Shown here: positions 20,075-29,060 of the stretch, in pieces
Numbering within the stretch: position 1 is the first letter of the stretch
Layout of the letters: every line of letters begins with the position of its first letter
Assembly (NCBI GenBank): GCA_947447155.1
Contig: CANFIN010000003.1
Coordinates: forward strand, 1,185 to 65,184
From: Bacteroidota bacterium
GTDB taxonomy: Bacteria > Bacteroidota > Bacteroidia > AKYH767-A > OLB10
Length of the DNA stretch: 64,000 bases
Direction of reading: 5' to 3'
Notes under the pieces: generated by a model
Databases searched by the model: none
Told to the model about the DNA's origin: nothing
Seen by the model: only the letters and a program-made list of their open reading frames with translations
Program-made: the position numbers and the translations under genes

Positions 20075-20481
20075 GAGAAATATGATTTTAATTTCGAAAA
20101 TAAATTGTCTGGAGCCATCATTGGTTTCATAGTTTCTTTTCGCACAAAAACTAATGTTGTTGAAGCTTTATTAATCAATTCGTTTTTTTCATTCAATGTT
20201 TCATATTCGAAATGAATTCGCGCTTCCGGCAATTTGGTAATTGAGGTATTGATAGTAAGAAGTTCATCATAAAATGCAGGCTTAATGAATTTTATTTGAT
20301 AATCCAGGACAGGAAGCAAAACACCTTCAACCTCTTCCAGCTCTTTATAACTCACGCCAAGATTGCGCAATGCTTCCACACGAGCAACTTCAAAATACTG
20401 AGCATAATTACCATAATAAACATAATGCATTCTGTCCGTTTCAGAATACCTGACTCTAATTTGTGTTTGATGTTTGTACAT
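20071..20481 (-). CDS. YbgC/4HBT-family acyl-CoA thioesterase
   Basis: 136 aa. RVRYSETDRMHYVYYGNYAQYFEVARVEALR is a hotdog-fold signature. Confidence 0.8.
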   Translation of the reverse strand: MYKHQTQIRVRYSETDRMHYVYYGNYAQYFEVARVEALRNLGVSYKELEEVEGVLLPVLDYQIKFIKPAFYDELLTINTSITKLPEARIHFEYETLNEKNELINKASTTLVFVRKETMKPMMAPDNLFSKLKSYFS

Positions 20482-20573
20482 AATTTCTATTACGAAGATG
20501 CGAATAAAATATTAAAGATTTTCATTGGTAAATTATTTTAAATCAACTGCGAAATCACTATCATTGCAACTAC

Positions 20574-21353
20574 ATGAAAGGTTTAATTAGAAAGCGAATT
20601 TTATTTAGTTTGTCAGGACTAACATTCCTGGTAATTAGTGCTTGTTCCTCCTATTTTACAGTTGGCGACATCAAAACAAAACAATATCCCGTTAACGACT
20701 CAACGATGGCTGGAGTAGATTCTAGCATTTACAATTTTATAAAACCTTACCACGACACATTAGACAAAACAATGTCGGAAATATTGGTTTACTCAGAACA
20801 AAACATCGGTAAAGGTTCGCCAGAAAGTTTAATTGGAAATTTCACAACGGATGCTTTACTAAATCAAACCAATTTAAAATGCGATACCTTAAATTTAAAA
20901 CGTGCTGATTTTGCTTTTGGCAACAGCGGTGGATTAAGAATGTCGTTGCCAACTGGTGAAGTTACCTTAGGAAGAGTTTTCGAGTTAATGCCTTTTGAAA
21001 ACACAATATTGATTTTAGAAATGAATCATGAACAATTAAAATCATTGTTTAGTTATATCGTTCAACGAAAAGGAATTCCACTTGCTGGCATCAGAATTAA
21101 AATCAGCAAAACAGGATATCAAGATATATTAATCAACGGAACACCTTATGATTCTACAAAGACATACCGTGTTGCAACCAATGATTATCTTTCAAATGGC
21201 GGCGATGGAATGATGTTTTTAAGAGAGGTAAAATCAAAAACAGATATTGAGTTAAAAGTAAGAGATAGTTTTATCCGAGAAATGCGTGGATTACACCAGC
21301 AAGGTAAAAAAATAAAAGTTGTTTTAGATGGAAGAGTTACAGAAATACAATAG
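20574..21353 (+). CDS. 5'-nucleotidase C-terminal (substrate-binding) domain lipoprotein
   Basis: Lipobox VISAC. GNSGGLR and NDYLSNGGDGM are typical of the UshA C-terminal domain. Confidence 0.75.
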   Translation: MKGLIRKRILFSLSGLTFLVISACSSYFTVGDIKTKQYPVNDSTMAGVDSSIYNFIKPYHDTLDKTMSEILVYSEQNIGKGSPESLIGNFTTDALLNQTNLKCDTLNLKRADFAFGNSGGLRMSLPTGEVTLGRVFELMPFENTILILEMNHEQLKSLFSYIVQRKGIPLAGIRIKISKTGYQDILINGTPYDSTKTYRVATNDYLSNGGDGMMFLREVKSKTDIELKVRDSFIREMRGLHQQGKKIKVVLDGRVTEIQ

Positions 21354-22263
21354 AAAAAAATTTATTAAGCAGATTAGCTTAGCTGGTGGAGCCTTAGCAC
21401 TCTCTGGTATTCCTTCTGATTTACTTGCAAGTACAGGAATTACTAAGATTACTATACTTCACACAAACGATACGCATAGTCGTATTGATCCTTTTCCTGC
21501 TAGTGATCCGAAATTTGGAGGTATGGGAGGTGTAGCGCGTCGTATGCAAATAATTAACAAAATCCGTTCAGAAGAAAACAATGTTTTGCTTTTGGATAGC
21601 GGAGATATTTTTCAAGGCACACCCTATTTTAATTATTACGGTGGTGAGCTGGAAATAAAATTAATGAGCGCAATGAAATACGATGCTGCAACTATGGGCA
21701 ATCATGATTTTGATGCAGGAATTGATGGATTTGCCAAGCAATTACCACATGCGTCTTTTCCTTTTTTATGTAGTAATTATAATTTTGAAAACACAATTTT
21801 AGCAGGTAAAACACATGCTTATAAAATAATAGAGAAAGGAAATATCAGAATTGGAATATTTGGATTAGGAATAGAACTTCAAGGATTAGTTGATGAAAAA
21901 TGTTACGGAAAAACTATTTACAACGATCCACTAAGTGTTGCCAATAAGATAGCTAAGCATTTAAAAGAAAATGAAAACTGCCTAATAGTAATTTGCCTTT
22001 CGCATTTAGGTTATCGATATGATGGAAGTAAAAAAGTTTCTGATGCGGTGCTCGCTTCACAATCTGAGAACATCGATTTAATTTTGGGTGGACACACCCA
22101 TACATTTTTAGATACGCCAGAAGAATTCAAAAACTTAAAAAGCAAAAATGTTTTAGTTGCTCAGACGGGATTTGGTGGGATTCGCCTCGGTAGAATTGAT
22201 TTTTTTATCGAAAAAAAATCAGGTAATATTTCACATGAAAATCGCACTGTAAAAATTTCTTAA
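21328..22263 (+). CDS. calcineurin-like metallophosphoesterase (UshA N-terminal-type) with a Tat-like signal
   Basis: HTNDTHS, DSGDIFQG, GNHDFD, LSHLG and GGHTHT are all present in order. The N-terminus NRKKFIKQISLAGGALAL resembles a Tat signal with RK in place of RR. Confidence 0.85.
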   Translation: MEELQKYNRKKFIKQISLAGGALALSGIPSDLLASTGITKITILHTNDTHSRIDPFPASDPKFGGMGGVARRMQIINKIRSEENNVLLLDSGDIFQGTPYFNYYGGELEIKLMSAMKYDAATMGNHDFDAGIDGFAKQLPHASFPFLCSNYNFENTILAGKTHAYKIIEKGNIRIGIFGLGIELQGLVDEKCYGKTIYNDPLSVANKIAKHLKENENCLIVICLSHLGYRYDGSKKVSDAVLASQSENIDLILGGHTHTFLDTPEEFKNLKSKNVLVAQTGFGGIRLGRIDFFIEKKSGNISHENRTVKIS

Positions 22264-22378
22264 AAATCAAGGCTATAAAAATTTTTTTTTACATTTTTTT
22301 AAACAATATTTGCAACATAATAAAGAGAATCAACTAACACATTTCATAATATAGTAAAAATACATCAAGCCGAAGGGT

Positions 22379-23836
22379 ATGCAAAAGGAGAAAGAAAACA
22401 CATTGAAGGAAAAAACTTGTGAGCAAGTATGGGAGAACTGCTTGAAATTAATTAGAGATAATGTCAATCCTCAAAACTTCAAAACTTGGTTTGAACCAAT
22501 AAAGCCAGTTAAACTTGATCAACAAACACTCACAATTGAAGTTCCTAGTCAATTTGTTTACGAATGGCTAGAAGAACACTACATTGGTCTTTTACGTAAA
22601 ATCATCAAACGCGAATTAGGAACTGAGGGACGATTAGAATATTCTATTTTAATGGAAAACAGTACTGCAGGCACTAAGCCTTACACAGTTAAGTTTCCAG
22701 CTAAGAGTAACAATGGACTAAAAAATCCAGCTGTGCCAATGCCTCAGCAAATCAGTGGTGGCATTCGCAATCCTTTCATCATTCCAGGTCTTAAGAAAAT
22801 TGATGTTGATTCTCAACTTAACTCTAATTTTTCATTTGATAATTTAATTGAAGGTGATTGCAATCGATTAGCGCGCTCTGCAGGATTTGCAGTTGCACAA
22901 AAGCCAGGCGGAACCTCTTTCAATCCATTATTAATTTATGGTAGTAATGGCTTAGGTAAAACGCATCTTGCCAATGCTATCGGAATTGAAATCAAAAACA
23001 ACTTCCCTAACAAAACAGTTCTTTACGTTCAGAGCGAAAAGTTTATGTCGCAGTTTGTAGATGCTGTTAGAAATAATTCTTCCAACGATTTCGTTCATTT
23101 TTATCAAATGATGGACGTTTTGATTATCGACGATATTCAATTCTTCGCTGGAAAAGAAAAGACGCAGGATGTATTCTTCCATATCTTTAATCATTTACAC
23201 CAAAACAACAAGCAAATCATTTTAACTTGCGACAAACCTCCTGTTGACCTACAAGGAATGGAGCAACGCTTATTGTCTAGATTCAAATGGGGATTATCAG
23301 CAGACTTACAAGTTCCAGATTTAGAAACTCGTATTGCTATCCTTCGTAGAAAAATGTACATCGATGGTATTGAGCTTCCTAACGAAATCACTGAATACAT
23401 CGCATTAAGTATCACTAATAATATTCGCGAACTAGAAGGAGCTTTAATCTCCATCATGGCTCAATCATCATTGAATAAAAAGCCTATTACTTTAGAATTG
23501 GCAAAGCAGATGATTGATAAGTTTGTAAAGAATACGGTTCATGAAATCTCAATCGACTATATTCAAAAAATTGTTTGCGACTTCTTTGAATTACCATTAG
23601 AAGTATTGAAATCTAAGACACGTAAGCGTGAAGTAGTTCAGGCTCGTCAGTTAGCAATGTACTTCAGTAAGCAGTTCACTAAGTCTTCGCTTTCTAATAT
23701 TGGAATGCATTGCGGAGGAAAGGATCATGCTACAGTTTTACATGCCTGCAGAACGGTAAACAACTTAATAGATACTGATAAGAAATTCAAAGCACAGGTA
23801 GTTGACCTTCAAAAAAGAATTAATCTTTCAAGATAA
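22379..23836 (+). CDS. dnaA: chromosomal replication initiator protein DnaA
   Basis: 485 aa. AAA+ Walker A GSNGLGKTHL, followed by the domain IV helix-turn-helix at the C-terminus. Confidence 0.95.
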   Translation: MQKEKENTLKEKTCEQVWENCLKLIRDNVNPQNFKTWFEPIKPVKLDQQTLTIEVPSQFVYEWLEEHYIGLLRKIIKRELGTEGRLEYSILMENSTAGTKPYTVKFPAKSNNGLKNPAVPMPQQISGGIRNPFIIPGLKKIDVDSQLNSNFSFDNLIEGDCNRLARSAGFAVAQKPGGTSFNPLLIYGSNGLGKTHLANAIGIEIKNNFPNKTVLYVQSEKFMSQFVDAVRNNSSNDFVHFYQMMDVLIIDDIQFFAGKEKTQDVFFHIFNHLHQNNKQIILTCDKPPVDLQGMEQRLLSRFKWGLSADLQVPDLETRIAILRRKMYIDGIELPNEITEYIALSITNNIRELEGALISIMAQSSLNKKPITLELAKQMIDKFVKNTVHEISIDYIQKIVCDFFELPLEVLKSKTRKREVVQARQLAMYFSKQFTKSSLSNIGMHCGGKDHATVLHACRTVNNLIDTDKKFKAQVVDLQKRINLSR

Positions 23837-23859
23837 TAACAACTTTAAATATCTGAAAT

Positions 23860-23889
23860 GTCTCGTAAAATTTACGGGACATTTTTTTT
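23860..23889 (+). terminator. rho-independent terminator after dnaA
   Basis: GTCTCGTA/TACGGGAC stem followed by a T8 run. Confidence 0.6.
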
Positions 23890-23902
23890 ATAATTTCACA
23901 CC

Positions 23903-24385
23903 ATGAAAATTTTGATGGTTTGCTTGGGAAATATTTGTCGCTCTCCCATTGCAGAAGGCCTTATGATTGAGGAATTAAATAAGTATAATATTTATTTTCA
24001 GGTTGATTCGGCTGGTACTGGCGGTTGGCACGTTGGCTCGGCACCAGACAAACGATCGATAAAAGTAGCCAACGAGAACGGATTAGATATTAGCAAACAA
24101 AAATGTAGAACAATAGAAAGTGCAGATTATGAAGAATTCGATTATCTATTTGCAATGGACACCAGTATCTACCAAACATTGCAGGAGCGTTCTCCAAATC
24201 CTGAATACCTTGGGAAAATAAAGCTCATTTGCGATATAAACGAAACCTACGACGGTAGCAATAAGGAGAATATGGACGTCCCTGACCCCTACACAGGCGA
24301 CTTAAACGATTTTAGAATTGTTTACCGTATGCTTGATAATCTTTGTGAAAAATGGGCCAGAAAACTCGTTTCTATCGGCAAATAA
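23903..24385 (+). CDS. low-molecular-weight protein-tyrosine phosphatase
   Basis: CLGNICRSP active-site loop and a C-terminal DP motif. Confidence 0.9.
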   Translation: MKILMVCLGNICRSPIAEGLMIEELNKYNIYFQVDSAGTGGWHVGSAPDKRSIKVANENGLDISKQKCRTIESADYEEFDYLFAMDTSIYQTLQERSPNPEYLGKIKLICDINETYDGSNKENMDVPDPYTGDLNDFRIVYRMLDNLCEKWARKLVSIGK

Positions 24386-24454
24386 CTTAACAAACTCCTG
24401 TTGATACTCTTAAAATGAATTTAAAAACCTGTTTTAAGCAATAAAATTTTAATG

Positions 24455-24462
24455 TATATTTG
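24455..24462 (+). promoter_or_regulatory. -7 box TATATTTG upstream of the TPR gene/ribH pair
   Basis: Exact TAnnTTTG, 26 nt before ATG 24489. Confidence 0.4.
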
Positions 24463-24488
24463 CCAACTATTAACTGATTTATTGAAGT

Positions 24489-25166
24489 ATGTCATCAAAT
24501 AAAAACGAAGGATTCGAAATAGACGAATCAATTGATAAGGTTGAGCATTATGTTCAGCAAAACAAAAAAAGTCTGACAATTATTGTTGTCGCTGCAGTAG
24601 GAATTGTACTTGCCTATTTTGCATACACCAACTTGATTTTAGGACCTCAGGAAGAGAAAGCGCAAAATGCAATGTTTGCTGCTGAAAGATATTTTAGTCA
24701 GGATAGTTTAAAGCAATCAACTAATGGTGATGGCACATATCCAGGCTTTGAGCAAATTGCACAAGATTATGGCTCAACAAAGACAGGCAACTTGGCTAAT
24801 TACTATTTAGGCATGACCTACCTTAAAAAAGGCGAATTCGAAAAAGCTATTGAGACATTAAAAAAATATGATGCAGAAGACGATATCACTGGAGCGTTAG
24901 CTTTAGGGGGAATCGCAGCTGCAAATCAGGAATTAAATCGTGTTGACGAAGCAGTATCATTTTACAAGAAAGCTGCTGACTACGATGATAATAACTTCAC
25001 TCGTCCTTTGTTCTTATTTAAGACAGGTAGAGCTTACGAGCAACAAAAGAATTACAGTGCTGCATTGGAAGTATATAATCAAATCAAGAAAGATTATCCA
25101 ACTAGCACTGAGGCTCGCGATATCGATAAATTCATCGGTCGTGCTTCAGCACTATCATCAAAATAA
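24489..25166 (+). CDS. membrane-anchored tetratricopeptide-repeat protein (YfgM-like)
   Basis: 225 aa with a single TM segment near the N-terminus, then TPR-like helices (YYLGMTYLKKGEFEKAIE). Confidence 0.6.
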   Translation: MSSNKNEGFEIDESIDKVEHYVQQNKKSLTIIVVAAVGIVLAYFAYTNLILGPQEEKAQNAMFAAERYFSQDSLKQSTNGDGTYPGFEQIAQDYGSTKTGNLANYYLGMTYLKKGEFEKAIETLKKYDAEDDITGALALGGIAAANQELNRVDEAVSFYKKAADYDDNNFTRPLFLFKTGRAYEQQKNYSAALEVYNQIKKDYPTSTEARDIDKFIGRASALSSK

Positions 25167-25175
25167 AATATTATA

Positions 25176-25658
25176 ATGTCGACAGCTCATCAATCGCTAT
25201 CGCATCATCAAGCTCACGAAATGCCCAATGCCGGACCCTACAAGTTCGGCATTGTCGTAGCAGAATGGAATCATTTTATCACCGAAGCCATGGCTCAAGG
25301 TGCTATTCAATTTTTAAACGATGCTGGCGCTAAATCAGAAAACATTACCCGTATTAATGTTCCAGGTAGTTTTGAATTAACAGCAGGAGCATCGATGCTC
25401 GCACAGGAGAATTACGATGCAATCATTTGTATCGGTTGCGTTATCCAAGGCGAAACAAGGCATTTTGATTTTATCTGCAATGCAGTAGCAAATGGAATTA
25501 CTGATTTAACTATCAAATACAATAAACCTTTTATATTTGGTGTATTAACTACCGATAACCAAGATCAAGCAATCGATCGCTCTGGTGGAAAGCATGGTAA
25601 TAAAGGAATCGAAGCAGCAGCAACTGCATTAAAAATGGTTGCTCTTAAAAATAAATAA
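25176..25658 (+). CDS. ribH: 6,7-dimethyl-8-ribityllumazine synthase
   Basis: 160 aa. FGIVVAEWNHFIT, VPGSFEL and G.TRHFDF are RibH motifs. Confidence 0.95.
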   Translation: MSTAHQSLSHHQAHEMPNAGPYKFGIVVAEWNHFITEAMAQGAIQFLNDAGAKSENITRINVPGSFELTAGASMLAQENYDAIICIGCVIQGETRHFDFICNAVANGITDLTIKYNKPFIFGVLTTDNQDQAIDRSGGKHGNKGIEAAATALKMVALKNK

Positions 25659-25660
25659 CT

Positions 25661-26092
25661 ATGAAAAAATCACAACTTCTCATCTTATCAGTACTTTGTT
25701 TTTTTACAACATCCATCTTTGCGCAAAAGAAAGTTACCACAACTTCAAAAGTACCGCAAATAAAATTTTGCAATGCAGCCGCTGATACAGCTAAGGCAAA
25801 TAAAATGTCGTTAGCCGCCTTACAAGAATGGGCAAACGGAGCTAAGGTAAATGTAAAATGCAGCGATGGCAAAAACTATCAGTTACATCAATTCGGAATT
25901 CAAGTTATTGTTAAAAATCCAATGGAAGTAAAAGACTTTGGTCTAGGCTTAGACGGATTTCCAATTATGGCTAAAAGGACTATTGCCAAATTACAGCCTG
26001 GGGATACAGTTTATTTAAAAGATGTGATTGGTTATGACGACAAACAATCTGAAATCAAACTTCCGGGTATAGCCATCGCCGTTACTGAATAA
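25661..26092 (+). CDS. hypothetical exported protein
   Basis: 143 aa with signal peptide ...SIFAQ. It starts 2 nt after ribH. Confidence 0.45.
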   Translation: MKKSQLLILSVLCFFTTSIFAQKKVTTTSKVPQIKFCNAAADTAKANKMSLAALQEWANGAKVNVKCSDGKNYQLHQFGIQVIVKNPMEVKDFGLGLDGFPIMAKRTIAKLQPGDTVYLKDVIGYDDKQSEIKLPGIAIAVTE

Positions 26093-26103
26093 ACATTCAA
26101 CAA

Positions 26104-26535
26104 TTACTTTTTCCACTCGGCATACGATGTAGGTGTTTCGTACAATCTCAACTGTACTAACTCCAGTCCATCCGCAATTTTCTTGTTTAACCGATCTCTA
26201 ATGTCCAACATAATATTTTCGCATGTTGGCTGGTAGCTCGTTAATAATATCCGCGACCAATTAGTCTCCGACCAATTCATATTTGCATGTTCGCTATTTT
26301 GACGTAGCACTAATGCATGGTCAAAGATTTCTATTACTTCGCTCTTAACCCATTGCTTTATATCCGTAAAATCAGCAATCATTCCATCGAGAGGTGCGCC
26401 TGGACTATCTAGTATATTACCTTGAACAGATACATGAAGGATATAAGTATGACCATGAATATGTCGGCATTTACCAGGATAAAATTCCAGTGCATGCGCC
26501 ATATCGAAAGTAAAGATTTTGTTTAGCGTTACCAT
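26104..26535 (-). CDS. queD: 6-carboxytetrahydropterin synthase / PTPS-family protein
   Basis: 143 aa with the C-x3-HGH motif (CRHIHGH). The QueD versus PTPS-III (FolB-replacing) assignment cannot be resolved by eye. Confidence 0.75.
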   Translation of the reverse strand: MVTLNKIFTFDMAHALEFYPGKCRHIHGHTYILHVSVQGNILDSPGAPLDGMIADFTDIKQWVKSEVIEIFDHALVLRQNSEHANMNWSETNWSRILLTSYQPTCENIMLDIRDRLNKKIADGLELVQLRLYETPTSYAEWKK

Positions 26536-26567
26536 AATATCTGCAAAAATGAATATTATTCGGCTAG

Positions 26568-27674
26568 CTACAAAGAATAAGTTTCATTATTCCATCTTCT
26601 TCCAATAGAAAATAAAGTATATAAACAGATACTTAAACAAGCGCCTGGAAACACAACTAACCACCAAGCATACATAGAATCTTTACCTTCCATAATTAAT
26701 GTACCCCATGTAACCTGATCTGGAGCCACACCCCATCCTAAAAAACTTAAAGAAGCTTCAGATAACACTGCACCACCAAATGAAAACGAGAAAATAGAAA
26801 TAATCAATGGCAAAATATTAGGTAAGATGTGCTTGATAGTTATACGCATCCTGCTTGCACCAGACAATTGAGCTGAAGCGTAATAGTCCATACCTTGAAT
26901 TCGCATTAATTCAGATCGCATCATACGCGCAATTTCCATCCACCCTGTAATTCCTAATAACACAATAAGTATTGCAATACTATGCTCAAAAATTCCCATT
27001 ATCGCTACAACAAAAAATAGTCGCGGAACAGCAGAAAATAATATTGTAAGTTGCATTTCTATTTTTTCGAAATTGATTGAAAAATTATATATCCTAAAGT
27101 ATTTTAATTGCAAAAGAAAATAAAAACTAATCGATGCCACAATAACTACAAACCATTTGTAAACACTATTAAGCTCAACATTAGCAATCAGATTATAAAA
27201 AAACAAAAAGGCTATAATGCAAATCATTAACTGAAAGAATGATAAATGAATACGCCCTTCATTCGAAAAAGCAGAGGTTGCTCCTATTGACACTCCAATA
27301 ACAAGACTAATTAACGCAGCAAAGAAACCAATTAAAAGTGCGTATCGGGTTCCATGTATAATACCAGCAAATACATCACATCCACGCAATGTTGTCCCTA
27401 ACCAATGACGATAATGTATAGAATTGTTCTTTAAATGCTGTTGAGAAAAAGGACTTTTATAATCGGCATTATCAAAATCACTTACACCAGGACTATAAGG
27501 TATTGGTGGCATAATAACAAAGTCGTTAGAAACTTTCTCGTAGTTTATACATGATAGAAAAGGTAATGAAATTTTATTATCTCTAATCAGAAATATTGGT
27601 TTTTGATTACTGATTAATGGAGCTGAAACAGCAATAATAATAAAGACTAAAAATATCGTATATCCTTTTTTCAT
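26568..27674 (-). CDS. ABC transporter permease (DppC/OppC-like)
   Basis: 368 aa and polytopic, with an EAA-like loop (ASAQLSGASRMRITIKHILPN). Confidence 0.8.
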   Translation of the reverse strand: MKKGYTIFLVFIIIAVSAPLISNQKPIFLIRDNKISLPFLSCINYEKVSNDFVIMPPIPYSPGVSDFDNADYKSPFSQQHLKNNSIHYRHWLGTTLRGCDVFAGIIHGTRYALLIGFFAALISLVIGVSIGATSAFSNEGRIHLSFFQLMICIIAFLFFYNLIANVELNSVYKWFVVIVASISFYFLLQLKYFRIYNFSINFEKIEMQLTILFSAVPRLFFVVAIMGIFEHSIAILIVLLGITGWMEIARMMRSELMRIQGMDYYASAQLSGASRMRITIKHILPNILPLIISIFSFSFGGAVLSEASLSFLGWGVAPDQVTWGTLIMEGKDSMYAWWLVVFPGACLSICLYTLFSIGRRWNNETYSL

Positions 27675-27676
27675 TG

Positions 27677-29059
27677 CTATTGAATTTTCTGACTTAAAAT
27701 ACGACCATTTATTTTTTTCTGATAATAATCTAATGTGAAAAAACTAAAAGCTGTTATCACACCAGTAAATCCGAATAAAAAAATCAGTATGGGCACATCC
27801 TGACTTCTAGCAGAACTCATTAACAAACTACCAACACCTGCGATTGAATACAATTGCTCTACTACTAATGAACCCGACAACAATGCGGGGAACAATAAAA
27901 ACAAAAAAGTAGAAGAAGAATAAATTGCATTCTTTAAAACATGTTTATAAATAATATTTCGAGCAGATACACCCATCATTTTTGCTGACAATACATAGTT
28001 TTTCAAAAATTCGCTTTCAAATGAATTATAAAATAAAATTACGAAGAAAATAACTGCACCGAAAGACAATGTACATACTGGAAGAATAAAATACTTCCAT
28101 GAATTAAAAATCGATATTAGCCAACCATCATCACTCATACATATTGGAGAAAAAGAAAAATTAGACGGAAGCAGATCCACTATTAGCGGATTAGAAAAAA
28201 GATAAATTAATATAGTGCCAACAAAAAAAGCCGGAACACTATAAAGGAATGTTATGAAAGCATAAATATACTTTACGAATTTTTTATCTTTCAATAAAAA
28301 CAATTCGCACGATAAAAAAATACTAGTAGTTAAAATAAAGAAAATCGAGAAAATAGAAATAAGAAAAGTGATTAAGAATGGTTTTTTAATCGCAGTCCAT
28401 ACAGACTCCTTACTATACCAAGAATTAGCATAAACTCCTTCTCCTTTATTAAACAAATCGCTACACCATAAAACAAATTGATTACTTGAGTTTATATGAA
28501 ACACTAGACACAACTGTAAAAAACGATTTTTAATTTTAAATTCTGAAATATTATTAAGCAACAAAGCTGTTGTAGATTGCTTAGGTAATAGTTTTTTAAA
28601 CTCAGCGAAATAACTGTTCAGCGAATCGAATTCAGTGGTTACCGTTAAATTACTTACGATGCGCTGTAAACCTAAAACCTGCGAAGGTGGGACATTCCAT
28701 TCTTCAAGATGAAAAGAATATAAGCTTTTATAAACCTGATAAACTGATGCTGGATTACCTGTAGTACATGACCACTTAATTAAAAAATCTTTTTCCGGTG
28801 TTTCCGGAAAATATTTAAAACTATCTGGCAATGCTAAATTAGAAATCGAAAAATAAAATGACGGCTTACTAAATCCATATTGCTGATAAAGTGAAAGATA
28901 ATCTGGTGAATAAACAGAAATACTATGCTGCGAAAAATTGCTATTAACTGTTAAAGATTGTAATGGCCTGTTTGACTGATAACGCATCAATAAAAATGAA
29001 AATCCAGCAATAACAAAGAAAGACACTAAAACTAAAAAACACTTAAATACTATTCTCAT
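27677..29059 (-). CDS. ABC transporter permease (DppB/OppB-like) with an enlarged first extracytoplasmic loop
   Basis: 460 aa. The EAA-like loop is SAKMMGVSARNIIYKHVLKNA. About 200 aa separate TM1 from TM2. Confidence 0.7.
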   Translation of the reverse strand: MRIVFKCFLVLVSFFVIAGFSFLLMRYQSNRPLQSLTVNSNFSQHSISVYSPDYLSLYQQYGFSKPSFYFSISNLALPDSFKYFPETPEKDFLIKWSCTTGNPASVYQVYKSLYSFHLEEWNVPPSQVLGLQRIVSNLTVTTEFDSLNSYFAEFKKLLPKQSTTALLLNNISEFKIKNRFLQLCLVFHINSSNQFVLWCSDLFNKGEGVYANSWYSKESVWTAIKKPFLITFLISIFSIFFILTTSIFLSCELFLLKDKKFVKYIYAFITFLYSVPAFFVGTILIYLFSNPLIVDLLPSNFSFSPICMSDDGWLISIFNSWKYFILPVCTLSFGAVIFFVILFYNSFESEFLKNYVLSAKMMGVSARNIIYKHVLKNAIYSSSTFLFLLFPALLSGSLVVEQLYSIAGVGSLLMSSARSQDVPILIFLFGFTGVITAFSFFTLDYYQKKINGRILSQKIQ

Positions 29060-29060
29060 A

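Noticed and set aside
20574-22263. The 5'-nucleotidase pair as a frameshifted ushA pseudogene
   Set aside because: The domain order is reversed relative to fused UshA. Each ORF has its own export signal, and all catalytic motifs are intact. A frameshift cannot produce this arrangement.
22264-23902. oriC adjacent to dnaA
   Set aside because: The flanking intergenic regions are only 115 and 66 bp. They are AT-rich, with T9 and T7 runs, but contain no TTATCCACA-like DnaA boxes that I can find. The only near matches in the window are isolated: TTATCCGCA at about 11045 and TTATCCAAT at about 4187. No strand-bias switch is evident. The origin is probably elsewhere. A GC-skew calculation and a DnaA-box scan would settle it.
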